Positions 23,965 through 37,313 of a stretch of DNA of 64,000 nucleotides are shown here, piece after piece. Under the pieces are notes generated by a model. That model was not told where the DNA came from. It saw only the letters and a list, made by a program, of their open reading frames with translations, and made no database searches. The stretch lies in NCBI RefSeq assembly GCF_009914755.1, contig NC_060929.1; one strand, 5' to 3'. Positions within the stretch are counted from its first letter, which is position 1. The number at the start of each line of letters is the position of its first letter. The stretch is from the human T2T-CHM13v2.0 reference genome, Homo sapiens. Made by a program: the position numbers and the translations under genes.

Positions 23965-24375
23965 AACATAGTACTGAAAGTCCTAGTCAGAGCAATTAGG
24001 CAAGAAAAGTCAATTTAGTGGCATCCGAATTGGAAAGGAAGAAGTAAAATGGTCTCTGTTTCAAGACAACATGGTCTTATATACAGAAAAGCCTAATAAC
24101 TTCATTTAAAAAAAAGAATTGTTAGTTCTAAGAAACAAATTCAATAAAATTGCAAGATACAAAACCAATATCCAAAAATCAATTGTGTTTCTATATATAC
24201 AAACTATCTGAAAAGGCAATCAGGAAAACTATTCCATTTACAACAGTATCAAAAAGAATAAAATACTCAGGAATAAAACTAACTAAAGAGGTAAAAGTCT
24301 TGTATATTGAAAACTAAAAACATTGATGAAGGAACTTAAAGATATAAACAAATGAAAAGACATTATATGTTTATA
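23958..24375 (+). mobile_element. Inverted L1 ORF2 (RT region) segment joined to the L1MA
   Basis: CTATTCAACATAGTACTGAAAGTCCTAGTCAGAGCAATTAGGCAAG (LFNIVL-VL-RAIRQEK). The 7-nt junction TCTATTC is shared by both orientations. Confidence 0.88.
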
Positions 24376-26354
24376 TACATAGCTATATAAAAATTCATAC
24401 AACAGTTTCAACAATACAATAACATTGCAATGCTATCATTTCAGGTTGTTTGGAATTAAGGATTTCCCCCCTCTAATTTGACATTTCTGCAATATTTATG
24501 TTGACTTTATAATAAACAGGATTGTTGCCATTTATAAGAAAGTATTAGTTTATCCATAAAGTGACTCTCATTTAGTAAAATTAATAATTCTTGCAGCCAA
24601 CTAATGGGTTAAAAATGTAACATTCTGAAGTCTTTGAAATGAAATTATTGGAATATGGATTATGAAAAGATTTTGAAGCAGAAATATACTCCAATAACTT
24701 TATAAAATTGCAAGTCAATTATCTGCAAAACTAAAAACAATTATGTTTGATAATTTAGGAATATAAATTTCAGGAAATATGCAATTGTTTTCAATTTTAT
24801 CTCATAACCATATAGACTCAATTATACTGTTTTCCATTATAGAAAACTAATTAGCTTCACAAACACTGGCATGTTTTGCAGTGCAAGGTAACATAATCAG
24901 GATTTCAACTTTTAATTTTGAAGTGTCTATCTTTTGATTTACCACCTTATGCTGGATTATATTACATACAACTTTGGAAAAAATATTTTTTAAATAATTA
25001 CTTCAATCTTTCTTTTGAACATGTGTTTAGTCAGAGGAAAACAGAGTTTCACAGAACATTAAAAACTCAAAAAAGAAAGAAGAAAAATGTATCTTCTAAG
25101 ATCTAGAACAACATTTAAAATCTTCCCCATCCTACTTATTTTATCTCTGGTGAATTTTGTCCCAGGAAACTTCCCATTAAATTACAATTTTATTTCAGTT
25201 TTGAATAAAGATGATCAGGTAACAAAATAGATAAAATAAGATGAAAATGAAATAAAACACATGGCAGAGCATAAATTAGTGAGGAAGAAGGTAATAAGCT
25301 GATGAATGTTTCATTAGGCAATATCTCACCTCCACAATTGCTGCATTGCTAAATTGGACATTATTAATATAAGTAAAGTGTGACTAATGGAATATTAAAG
25401 CATAAAGACATTTTCTTGAATTCACATAGGTTCAAACAGCTAATTAGCTAAAAGACAAAGAGCAAAGAAAACCACTAATAAATATAAGTAGCAACTGATA
25501 AGGTCTCAATAAAGCTATAAAAAAGAAATTGTCAGTAAAGTGAGATAAATAATTGTAGTATAAATTGATTTTGTTCATTTATGCCTTATTCCTATGGCTG
25601 ATGATAAAATCAACACTTTCATAAATAATTTTAATCACGAATTTAGATTCAGCTATAAATAGCCTTTTTTCTGAAATATTTGAATTTCATATATACATAG
25701 AAGCTTCCATGTAAGAGTCAATATATGCACAGGGTAAATGGATGATATTTGAATTAAGATAGATTCATCTTTTCTGACATAGCATGAATCTGAAAATACA
25801 AAATTTAATTCTATAATTAAATCTCTGGAAACATTCCTTTCTGAATAAATAATCAATTTAACTAATTAGAGCACTTATACGTAAGACTTGGTATAATAAA
25901 TGTCACCTGAGCTTGGTTAACACCAAATATACTGTGATATGTTCCATATAATTTGAACCCAACTCATTTAAAAATGCAAATTCATGTGCAAGTATACAAA
26001 TTTCATAATATGAAATTTAAGCATCAAAAATATTATTTCTAAAGGGTATAAAAGTTACTAGACTAAAAAAAATTAGTGAATCCTTGCTCATTTGTACTTT
26101 CTAATATGCTGCAAAAATGTAATTTGAATTTTAAGTAGGAGTCTACTGAATCCATGCTGCAACAGTGGTTTGTTATTTTTAATTTTAAAAATTTAAAACT
26201 ATTATAAAAGTGGCAAGAAAATAAGCCATTGTTGAAAGACAAGAAGGGTTGGCGAGGATGTTTTTTAAGGAAATTAGATAAGATTAACATAGACACAAAT
26301 AGTTTCCAAAGTTTTCTAATTTTAGAAACATAGAAACTAAAGAAATCTGACTTC

Positions 26355-26496
26355 ATGCCAGTACCATACTGTTTTGTTTGCTGTGGCTTCATAATATATT
26401 TTAAAATCAAGAGGTGTAATGTCTACAGCTTTGTTGTTCTTTCTCAAGACTGATTTTTCATTTGTGGTCTCTTGTGATTCCATATGTATATTAGAA
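26355..26496 (-). mobile_element. L1M ORF2 fragment
   Basis: atgccagtaccatactgttttg..cagctttgttgttctttctcaag..gtgattccatatg, the reverse of the ORF2 segment equivalent to ~45445-45585. Confidence 0.8.
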
Positions 26497-27417
26497 CAGA
26501 GTTACAGAGAGTTTCAGTAACATATCCAAGTTTACCAAATTAGTAGGTGCTGGATCTGAGCCATAAACATTGAGTCCACCATCCACCACTATAATGTATT
26601 CTTTCCCATGGATTACTGAAGACAGGGTGCTAGAAGTCTATATTATAACCAAAAAGTATCCAAAAAAAGGAGGATGACAGAGAGGGGGAGGCAGAGGGAG
26701 AAGAGGAAGAGGAAAAGCACAAAATTCAAGAAGTAAAGAAAAAAGATAAAAATTATATTAAAAGTATGACCTTGTATTATTTAATGGAGTTTCAACACTA
26801 ATATATAATTAAAAGGTATATTATTTTTCATGTATTAAAATATTTTTCTGGAATATTTAATTTATTTAAGCTTTGATATTATTTCTTTCAGGAAAATAAA
26901 TTACCTCATTTAGCTTAGACTGAGTAACACCAGATTTTGCATTACAGCAATTTTTTATAAGCTAATGATTCATTCACAATCTTTTTGAACCAATCTTGAA
27001 CTAATTCTCATTGCCAATCATAATTCAGAATCTTTTATCTTTCACTTATATCATTGCAAGGGTCCTCTAATTGGTCTTCTTACCTCTATTTTTTCCCAGT
27101 CTCCCTTTTTTTTCTCTCTCTGCCTCTCATAAATTTATCCTAAACAACTCTTTCTGAAACATACTTCAAATGAAGTATTGAAATAAGTCAAAATATAATT
27201 TGGGCTTTTTAATCATTTGATTCTTATTCATAACCCTGAAATTCTGCCTCTATGTTAGTGCTCTCAACTTCCAGCTAGAAATGGAGAAAGCAGATGTTAT
27301 CTAGTTTATTTATTTAATCAGGCTCTGACAAGTGATAGTTTAAAAGCGTATGTCAGATTTTTTTCTTTTTTGTGTGCTTTTATAGTAAAGAGAGTATCAA
27401 TAAGAAAAACACATTGC

Positions 27418-27900
27418 TGCATCAGTTAGCTATTTCTTTATAATAAATTATTCCAAAGCTTAGAAGTTTAAAACAAGAATTTAAATTATCTCATAATTGG
27501 GGGTTTTAATGGGTGGTTTTATAAACTAGATCATCTTGGGTGGACTCTGCTTAGCCTTCTCATATATCTATTGTCAGTTGCTAGGTCATGAGGTACCCAG
27601 AAGATTTAAAGTGTCTTCACTTAGGTTTATAGCCATAGACAAACTGTTGTCTCAGGTGCATTGGTTTTCTCCACATATTTTCTCATCCTCCAGCAGACAC
27701 TGGATTCTTCACCTTAAGATTTCCACATTTAACAATAACAAAACAGCATCAAATGCCAAAATTTTTCAAGCATCTATCTTTGCCACTTTTACTGAAGTCC
27801 CATTGGCTTAGTAAATCACATGGCCAATCCAGATTCAAGGACTGGTGAAGCAGGAGCCACTTCTTGATGGAAAGCTGGGACAGAATTGTAATTTATATGT
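27418..27900 (-). mobile_element. MLT1 (old H-K type) LTR
   Basis: tgcatcagttagctatt..ccaaagcttagaagtttaaaacaa and gtcccattggc..atcacatggccaatccagattcaagg..ccacttcttgatgg. Confidence 0.75.
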
Positions 27901-29519
27901 CTATGAATTTGCTTATTTCATCTAAGTTATCAGTTTTTTGCATGAAGATTTTCATAATAGTCCTTTATAATATTAGTGATATTACTATGGTGATCTCTCT
28001 GTTTTTGAAGATTGGTGTTATTTTAACTTTATGGAAATAAAAGAATTGTAGTTAATTCCACTTAGTATATTAACTGATATAACATTTTGGGATATATTAC
28101 AAAAAATACTGAAGCAGTTTTACAATAGTTTGGTAATAGATGGTGAGGTACATTTAATAAACAGAAATAAGTTTATGTACAAAAGTACAACTAATTCACT
28201 GATGTAACCATAAAATATACTTTTCCGGAGATACTATAAAGTTAATAATACCTCGACACATTTCTTAAGAGAAACCAGATAAAAAATTAATTCTGCTTCT
28301 TGTACTGGGACTATATGCTGAGTGCTGAAAAAGTGCATTGACACATATGGTTGCTGCAGTGAAGCAAAGCTCACTACCTGTAGCCCATATCCAATAAATC
28401 TTTTATTAATGAATCCCTCATTTATTATGAATTGTTATTCATGCCTATGCAGTGTTAGGAAAGAAGAATGGCAGTATGTTCAGGCTGATATTAAACTTAA
28501 TGATTTTTTAGCCAAGATGAGGAAACATGGTATTATGACATTAAAGTCTGGCCAATTTTCTACCATTCACCTCTCTTTTACAACAAGATGGGCCATTCAT
28601 TACAGCTGCAAAAACATTTTTATGTTGCAATAAAATTGCATAAAGTATCATATCTTTTCCCAATTCTTATCAAGTACTTCACTTAAAGTACACATGAATG
28701 CAAATTCTTCCATCCCAATATTTTTAAATTTTTATGATGATCAAGATATTATATTCATCGTATATATATTTGTCCATGAACGTTTACTATGCCTTTTTCA
28801 TACATTTGCTGTATATCATACTTTTTACAGCTATAGTTTACATGGTTATTTGCTTACTAATTTCATAGAAATAGACATGACATGCTAGATAACATACCAT
28901 GATATGTAAGTTCAGGCTATGAATTCTCTCCTGAGGATGATTTATTATTCTATAATTCTATGAAAAACTAAGATACTATGATAACAAAGTATACTTTAAT
29001 AAAGACTGAATCTTTTGATTTATTGAACACATAAATGCAAAAATTAGAGACATGGTCAGAATATGTGTGTATGCATAGATACACATATAGGTATACATAC
29101 ACAAATAGATACATATGTATTTGTGCTTGTGTCCATGTTTATATAAAACATTTATATATCCATTAAATATAATGATATAATTTTATTTAATGAACTTAGA
29201 CCAGCTAGTCACAAAAGATGTTATTTTTATATTTATATTTATTTTAATAAATAAGTTATATTACTATAATATAAAATAAATTATTGTTAAATACTTTTGA
29301 AGATATGTGTTATGTTTTCCCTAAAACTCCTGTACTTTTGTATGACTTCCACTCAAAGAAAGGTGTTTTTGTGAATCACACCAGTAAACTGACATAAAGA
29401 TGTACCTTACTGAAAGAAATCAGTACTTAAAATTATTCATAAAATATGTCTTAGGAATATAATCCTTCCTTCCCGATATTTATCTGTAGCTGACACTACC
29501 CTTCACTGCCAGCTTAATG

Positions 29520-29830
29520 CTTATGCTGTTGTTTAAAGGCTAATATTTTGGTTATCTCACAGGGATGTCCAATTCAAACTAAGAAAGACTACCTCATAAA
29601 CTCTTTCCCCACTCTGTGTTGATTGCTTCACCATATACCTGCTAACTGAAGATAGAAACCTCAGATGCTTAAAATAATCAGATTCCTTTATGTCTAAAAA
29701 ATAAAGTAAAATCTCCTTAAAATTCACTCCAATCAATATTCCCATCCTTACAAATATACATGAACTCTTCATGTCTACCATATAATACTACTCCAAATTA
29801 TTTCAGTAAGCCATCTACTACCCTATTTCT
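29520..29830 (+). mobile_element. L2 fragment
   Basis: ggatgtcc..ttcaaact..caccatatacctgct..agaaacctcag..gattccttt..ctccttaaaatt, the L2 sense pattern. Confidence 0.45.
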
Positions 29831-29859
29831 TTGCTTTGGTGGGAAAAAAAAAATCACAT

Positions 29860-30900
29860 CTATTCATTTATTAAAGGCCTGCCATGTTCCAGACATTGCT
29901 CAAACAACTGAAACACACAAATGAACAACAACAGCAAAAGCAAAACGAATTGTCTATGTGGGATATATTAGGTTGTGTCTGGAGTTTAAAAGAGAGCTGT
30001 AGGTTGGAGACGTGAATTTGGGTATCATTAGTATATACATGCTATGTAAATATATCAGATGAAATTAGATCACCAAGGGAGTGAGTGTAGACAGAAAAAA
30101 AAAATGGTGCAAAGGGTAAGGAAAAGAAGAAAGACCGGCAAAGAGACTGGTAGGTTTGATGGACAGGAGGTCACGGTAGGTCAATAACTTGTTAGATTTG
30201 GAATTCTAGAGGAAGTGAACTAGAAAGAAAGAGGAGTAATCAAAGAATGAGATATATGAAACTGAGATAATGGAAAGGTTACACGTATTGGAATTGACAT
30301 GCTCTGGGTTCTGACCATAAGAGTGAATGGCTGAGACAGTGGTGGTCAAGCTCCTTGCAGGGGAATATTTAAAGTAATGGAGAGGCCAAAGGGTTGGAAG
30401 AATCATCTCTTTATTCAAATCATCAGGAAATAAGATGTAAGGAGATTTGGTAAGAACAACGAGATAATAGCTAGAAATCATCGAGAGGTGAAGGGAGTTT
30501 CCAGATATTTGTAAATAACACAATAAGAAATAGCCATGTACAGTAAGATGGGAGATTCAGAATTGTTAGTTTTAGGGACAATGGAGGGAGTCTGGAATTG
30601 TCAATGAGAGACCTAAAGGACAAATACTTCATCTTTAATTCTGGTGGTTTTAGAAATCTGAAAAAAAAAAGTATCACTTCAGAGGGTTTCAGGAAAAGAG
30701 GTATCATCAGGAGAGATCCAAGTTTCTGTTAGAGTAAAATGTTGAAGAAAAATTTCAGAAAAGAGGTTGACAATATGAATCGTAGAGAGTTTGAGAGTGG
30801 TCAGAGATGAGGACTAAAAAGGTCAGCTACGAGTTTAGAAAGTATTCAAGAGATAACCCAGGAGGTATAAGAAAGTTTGGGGCTTCCTGTAGTACTTGCA
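29860..30900 (-). mobile_element. L2 fragments
   Basis: attcattttattaaaggcctgccatgttccagacattg (reverse tail), then ggagacgtgaatttgggtatcattag and agatcaccaagggagtgagtgtagacag. Confidence 0.7.
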
Positions 30901-31402
30901 ACAATCTTATGAGTTTAATGATAGTAAAATCCAGTTATATAGTTTTAGCAAAAATGTGCTTGCTGTGAGGCATGGAGTAGTGAGTATCCCAATGTACAGG
31001 GGTAAAGATCCTGCTCAGGGGTTGTGTGGAATTACTTAGAGCATGTAGAGAGAATTGAAGACTTTGTGGGAAATTTGTCTTACCTGAAACAGAATTCCCT
31101 TCTATCCTTTGCTGATAAAAGTTTGAAAGCTTGAGAAATACTCCCACCTTTTAAGGCCCAGTGGCAATGTCGATCTCTTTATTCTCTGCCTATCACAGGG
31201 TGGTGACTTATTTTCTCTTCTTGGTTCCTTCTGTTCACCCAACTATCACCATAGTGGCTGCTTTTCTCTCCTTCTACTGTGTTAAGACTCTTCAGTGCAG
31301 GAATAATTTATCTTAATACCCACTATGTCTAGCATAGAGTCTCGTATATTTGTGGTACTCAAGAAGACTATGGTTGGTGGATGAAAGTATAATATTTTAA
31401 AT

Positions 31403-31558
31403 CAGGGCTTCTCAAACTTTCATTTGCACAAAAATCACCTAAGTAGAAATCTGTTTAAAATGCAGATTCTGATGTCTGGGTTGAGTGTGACATTTTGCAT
31501 TTTTAATAAGAGATCAGGGAGGGCTGCTGCTGCTGGAACTCTTCTTTGAGTTAGTATG
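31403..31558. mobile_element. MER5A-type MITE
   Basis: cagggcttctcaaactt..aatcacct..taaaatgcagattctga..tgcatttttaataag..ctttgag, followed by ttctaga. Confidence 0.75.
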
Positions 31559-32375
31559 TTCTAGAATGTATCAAGTACTGGGGAACTATACATTAACATT
31601 TTGATTATATTGCATTGTTCCTGGAATCATTAAAAAAGAATTCACAATTTTGCTAATCAGTATCAACAGAATTTTATTCCTACCTTTTAGATTTTGCTTT
31701 GCTAGAATCCTTAATAAAGCTTTGTATTTAATTAATATTGAACTCCAGGTAATATCGTATTATTGTCCTTATAAGATTGAATCAGGGAAACTAACCATGA
31801 AGTTTTATGAAGAGCAGGATAGTAGCTAGAAATTTATTAGGAAAATATCCTCTGATGAACTGATCTTTTGTCCATAGTGGTTAAGGGCATGCAATGTCAC
31901 AAGAATTGGTATGACTTGGAAACATATTTATTCTTGGATCTCTTTAGACATGGAGTTTTCAATAGGGTTATGGTCAGTAAGCTGCACATTTTGTTAAACA
32001 GTTTAATTACTTAGTAGTGAGATCATTTAGAGAACATTTACTGTTAATAATATCTGATCAATATTTTAAGAACATTCTGTTCTATTGTCACTTTAGAGAG
32101 AAAATAAATAAATAAATAAACAAAAGAACTTTCTGGGGAAAATGGCATGCCTACCATGTTCCAAAATGACAAAAATCCTACCTAGCTGAACTACCCCAAA
32201 ACAAAGTACAGGAATTTTGTATTCCCAGGTTAAAAATAAAAAATCTTACGTTTAATCCATCCTGTTTCTAGAATGATTATACAGCAGATGTTTAATTTCA
32301 TTTGGAATTAACTCTGTGAATTTACTGTTTCTTACATTTAAGGACACAAAAATGTAATTTTTTCCTATATGTAGT

Positions 32376-32490
32376 CATATACATATATATGTGTGTATAG
32401 ATAGATATACATATATATGTGTGATAGATATCACTACACAATATAATGATATAGTGTGTGTGTGTGTGTGTATATATATATGTATATACA
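32376..32490. repeat. Compound (TA)/(TG) microsatellite region
   Basis: Direct read. Confidence 0.85.
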
Positions 32491-32554
32491 TAGTAAAACA
32501 AAATAAACCCTAACACAGACTATTAAATAAAATAAGTCCTAACACAATTTATAC

Positions 32555-32720
32555 ATTTTTTATTTTATTTTTTTGGAGACGGGTTCTCGCTCTATTGCCC
32601 AGGCTGGGGTGCATGGTGTGACCATATCTCACTGCAGCTTCAAACTCCTGGGCTGAAGCAATCCTCCTACCTCAGCCTCCAACGTAGCTGCGATTACATG
32701 CATAAGTCACCACACCCAGC
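32555..32720 (-). mobile_element. Alu monomer (FRAM or AluJ right arm)
   Basis: T-tail plus gagacgggttctcgctctattgcccaggctgg..ctcactgcagcttcaaactcctgggc..cacacccagc. Single arm only. Confidence 0.88.
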
Positions 32721-34022
32721 TTAATTTTAATTCAATAGGAATAATAAGAGTATTATAAAATCAGGGAAATGGTGTGATAACCAGTCTTTCATGATAAAAC
32801 ATAAAAAACATATTTGCTTAGAAATTTGAAGATGCATATAATGATAAAAATTCAACTCAAATAAAACCATGTTACTGACATCATGTCTTTAGAACTGTGT
32901 TCACTTGTTAATCATTACATCTCTATTAGTGGAGACACAAGGGTTTTATGTGTCTCTTAATTTAATTGGTAAGTTCTGCAGAGCTTTTAGAGCCCATTTG
33001 ATGTTCCTACATTTTCTATTCATAGAATATTATGTAAACCTAGTTAAAGCTTTATCTGTACTTATAAATCTGAGAACATTAGGTACTAAGAAATATGCCA
33101 TGGTAACTCCTTCACTCATTTCACTCAATTAGTTTTGATAAATGGATTTTATAATAAAACTATGCTTTAAGATATCCTCAATTTTTATATGATTTTGAAA
33201 GTAGAGATGGTTAAAATCCATATTAGGGAAACTAGCAATTTTAAGAATAATTATCCATTTACTGAAAATTTGGGGCTAGATGATCTTTATGATTTACTAC
33301 TTATAAATTATCAAGAAAAACTTTAAAAATTATAAAGCAAATTTATATGTTTATGATCTCCCAAAGCAATATGTTTTAATAATACACAAATATTTGAAAT
33401 GAAACACACATTATATACAGATAAATTTTTGTTTTAAAAACATCTTCGGCTATATAGACATACTGGTACATGATGCCATTATCTACGTACACTAATTTAA
33501 ACAAATTATTCTTTTTTAAATGGAAAGAAGTTAAAAGAAGTCTGTATAATTTTACTCACAATTATTCAGGGTCATTTAAACATTTATTTAACCAGTAAAT
33601 AGAGAAATAATATACGAAGTTCAAAGAGTGCTTAGGCCATCAATTATTTTATGTTAGGAATATTTTCTAGATTATTTAAGAAACAATTTGTGTTAGGTTG
33701 GTGAGGAGAGATAGGTAGTCTTCCTCTAAAGTATAGTTATTTTTATAAAATCAGCTTTTGAAGCTGATCTCTTCAGAAATCAAGAAAAATAATCTTTTCT
33801 TACAGACTCTCTATTTACTTATTTTCTGTCAGTTTATTAAATAGAGTTCCTAACTACTGCCTATTTTCTGGTATTACTGCCCTATATGAACGGCATAAAT
33901 AGCCTTTTACTGACCTCACTCAAAATTCAACTTTCATTTTACTTTGATCTAATTATTAATAACTTTGTATAATTCTCACCTCCCAAACTTTTCCCTTCAG
34001 TTCTGATATTAAAAATATTGCC

Positions 34023-34414
<392 letters not shown>

Positions 34415-35106
34415 TTAATAAGAGAAAAATGCCTTTCCATTTCTTCAAATAAATTGTAGCACCTGGGCTTCAACTCCCACCAATTTCTTACTCCTGAAGG
34501 ATTGTACGACCACATTTATTTCTTCTTTTAAAATATTCCATCTCTTCTTTGCTAGTGGTTTCTCATTCAAAAACACAACAAAAATTCCCGAATATTTAAA
34601 ACAAAATAAAATTAAGCAATTTTAACTTGATTTTGTTGACTTCTCTAGCAATAATTTATGTCCCTGAGCCAATAAAAAATTATTTTGCATATATCTCATT
34701 CTTTTCCTGTTCAACCCCTTAATTACCTTAATCCCTATGGAATTATGAAGCATAAAACTTCAGAAATTATAAGGACACATATTTACAGTGTTTTAAAATC
34801 TGTATCTTTTTCTATTTTTCTCCTGCCATTGAATTTACAACCTTTGGGATTAAATTCTGTTTTCCAGCCCAGTCTTCCTACCAGTCTCTGCCTTTTGTAA
34901 CACTCTAATGCCCTGAACTTCCTACCTTTCCCAAGAATTCCTCTGTCTCTTTCATATATTTTCCTTTGGAACTTAAGTTTAATATATCTTACATTTATAC
35001 ACTGAAAAATATAAAATGTGAAGAAAACTAAATATCTAAATAAATGAAGAGACATTTTATGTTGACTATACCCTGATAGGAAGCTACATTCAGAATGATT
35101 GAAATA

Positions 35107-35208
35107 TAGAGTGACCAATCACTTGGGTTTGTCTGGATTGTTTCATGGGATGTGGGACTTTTAGTGTTAAAACCAGGAAAGCCTGAAAAATCAGGCAAAG
35201 TTAACCAT
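35107..35208. mobile_element. MER94 (hAT-Blackjack) MITE
   Basis: tagagtgaccaa..tgggatgtgggacttttagtgttaaaaccaggaaag matches the recalled MER94 core. Confidence 0.65.
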
Positions 35209-35209
35209 G

Positions 35210-35330
35210 TTGTGAAATGTTCTAAAACTAAGTTGTAGTGATGGCACACAACTAGACATTTACTAAAATCGTTTAATCATGTGGATTGAATTTATGATAT
35301 GTAAATTATAACTCAATAAGGTTACTAAAT
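35210..35330 (+). mobile_element. Old L1 (L1MD/ME) 3' terminus
   Basis: aaatgttctaaaact..tgtagtgatgg..atttactaaaatc..gaatttatgatatgtaaattataactcaataa. Confidence 0.7.
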
Positions 35331-36609
35331 AACAGAATGATAAAAATATTGGATATGCCACACAAATAGTCTTGATTAATGAAGTAAGTGCACTAATTTA
35401 AGGTAAATATTGGGAACCTATAAATGTAAAAAAAAAAGACAAACCTGTCTCAACTTACTGATTTAATAAATTATAACAAAATTTAATTTTATATTGTATT
35501 AATGTTTGAAAGTTATAAAATTGTATATTACATTTTCAAGAAAAGACAAATTTACTGTTCAGGTTATATAAAAATAAAATGAAGAAGTCGATATCAATCT
35601 AGTGCTAAATTAAAGATGTCACAATTTTGGAGAGCAAGTTGGGGGTTTGATAAATAAGCATCTCTCCAGGTTTACCGGTTTTTCCTCGCTGGAGGAAAAA
35701 AATCTACCTCGTGTTAAAACAGCTGTTGAAGTATTTAATTTCTTATTTTATGCATATATAACATGTAAAATTAGAATTGGCCTTTATTACACAGTTTTTT
35801 AAACTTTGAATATTATTTAAAGAAAATAAAAATATTTTCTTATTTTACATGAAAGCAAACCGTGGCATTTTAAATTACTTTTATTTTATTCCTTAATGAT
35901 GAGAATTTATATAATACAAGCACATTTTATTTTATACTATCTTACTACATTATTAATCTCTAATAGATTATAGTGGTTTAGCTTAAAAAATTATATAGCC
36001 AGAGGCATTACATAATTTTGGGTACCAGAAAAAAAAGCATGATTGAAAATGTGCATCTCCAAGAGAACCTTGCTCTAACAGCTCAATGCAGAGCCTCTAA
36101 CCTCAATGCAGAATGACCTATTCTATTTCAAGGAATCCATTTTTCCCCCACACTCCCTATTTCCACAGCTATACTAAAATTCCCACCCATTAAGTGGATG
36201 AGGAATTAGAAGAGAGAAAGGGGCTAGACCAAGTGTTTGTTCATCCCTAATACCTTAGGAATGTGTTTAGAAATATCTAGAGATGTTAATGGGAAATCCT
36301 GGTGGATTCTGAAAACATTTCTGGAAGATTGGGATATGTGCAAATGTATTCGGCAATGCATCCAGCCTAACACCAGAATATCGCTGAGCTTGTGAGTTTA
36401 CAAACAGCTGAGAGAGTTGTTAACATGAAAGGAGACAAATATTTTTTCTTTGGCAAGATCTCTTTTGTCTAGAAAAATGGAAAATAAGAGAGTCTAAAAC
36501 ATTTAATGTGTATCAAAAGCTATGATATAGATTAATTCATATGACTCTTTAAAATTATGGAATTGTTTATTTCCTTCCACTCTTCCCCCAACATGCCTTC
36601 CAGAAGATT

Positions 36610-36727
36610 AAAAGAGAAAGAAAAAGAGAATGGAAGGGAAGGGAAAAAGGAAGGGAAAAAAGAAGAGAAAAGGGAAGGAAAGGGAAAAGGGAAGGGAGAG
36701 GGAAAGGGAAAAGGGAAGGGAAGGGAA
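36610..36727. repeat. (GGGAA)n-like polypurine tract
   Basis: Direct read. Confidence 0.9.
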
Positions 36728-36976
36728 ACTACCTGTAAAAAATAAAGAATGCTATTATTTTTGATATTTGAATATTATTGTGTACAAATTTTCAACCACA
36801 AACATTTCAAATTCTAGAACACAAAATGCTACAGGAATTTTGGAAAGTTTTTTTCCTGTAAAGAAGGAAAGAGAAATTTTTCTTATAAAGACGGAAAGAG
36901 AAATTGGATAGTAGCTTCAGGAGGATGTGGGATCAAGAAAGATTTATATTCTTTTGCTGAATTTTTTTTTTATTTT

Positions 36977-37258
36977 GCCTGGTGTTACAGTTCATGCCTG
37001 TAATCCTAGCACTTTGGGAGGCCAAGGCAGTAGAATTGCTTGAGGCCAGAAGTTCAAGAGCAGCCGAGGCAACACAGTGAGACCTTGATGATACAAAAGT
37101 AAAAATAAAAATTTAGCCAGTCATGGTGGTGAGCACTTGTCTTCCTAGCTACTCTTGGGAGGCAGGAGAGGAGAAGATAGCTTGAGCCCAGGAGTTCCAG
37201 GTTACAGTGATCTATGACTGTACCACTGAACTCCAGCCTAGATGAAAGAAACACTATC
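36977..37258 (+). mobile_element. AluJ (diverged)
   Basis: Dimeric Alu with TTGCTTGAGGCCAGAAGTTC and GCTTGAGCCCAGGAGTTCCAGGTTACAGTG. The tail position is occupied by a microsatellite. Confidence 0.9.
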
Positions 37259-37262
37259 ATAC

Positions 37263-37310
<48 letters not shown>
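37259..37310. repeat. (TA)n(TG)n microsatellite at the Alu tail
   Basis: Direct read. Confidence 0.95.

Positions 37311-37313
<3 letters not shown>

Noticed and set aside
36557-36745. K/G/E-rich ORF
   Set aside because: Translation of the (GGGAA)n repeat.
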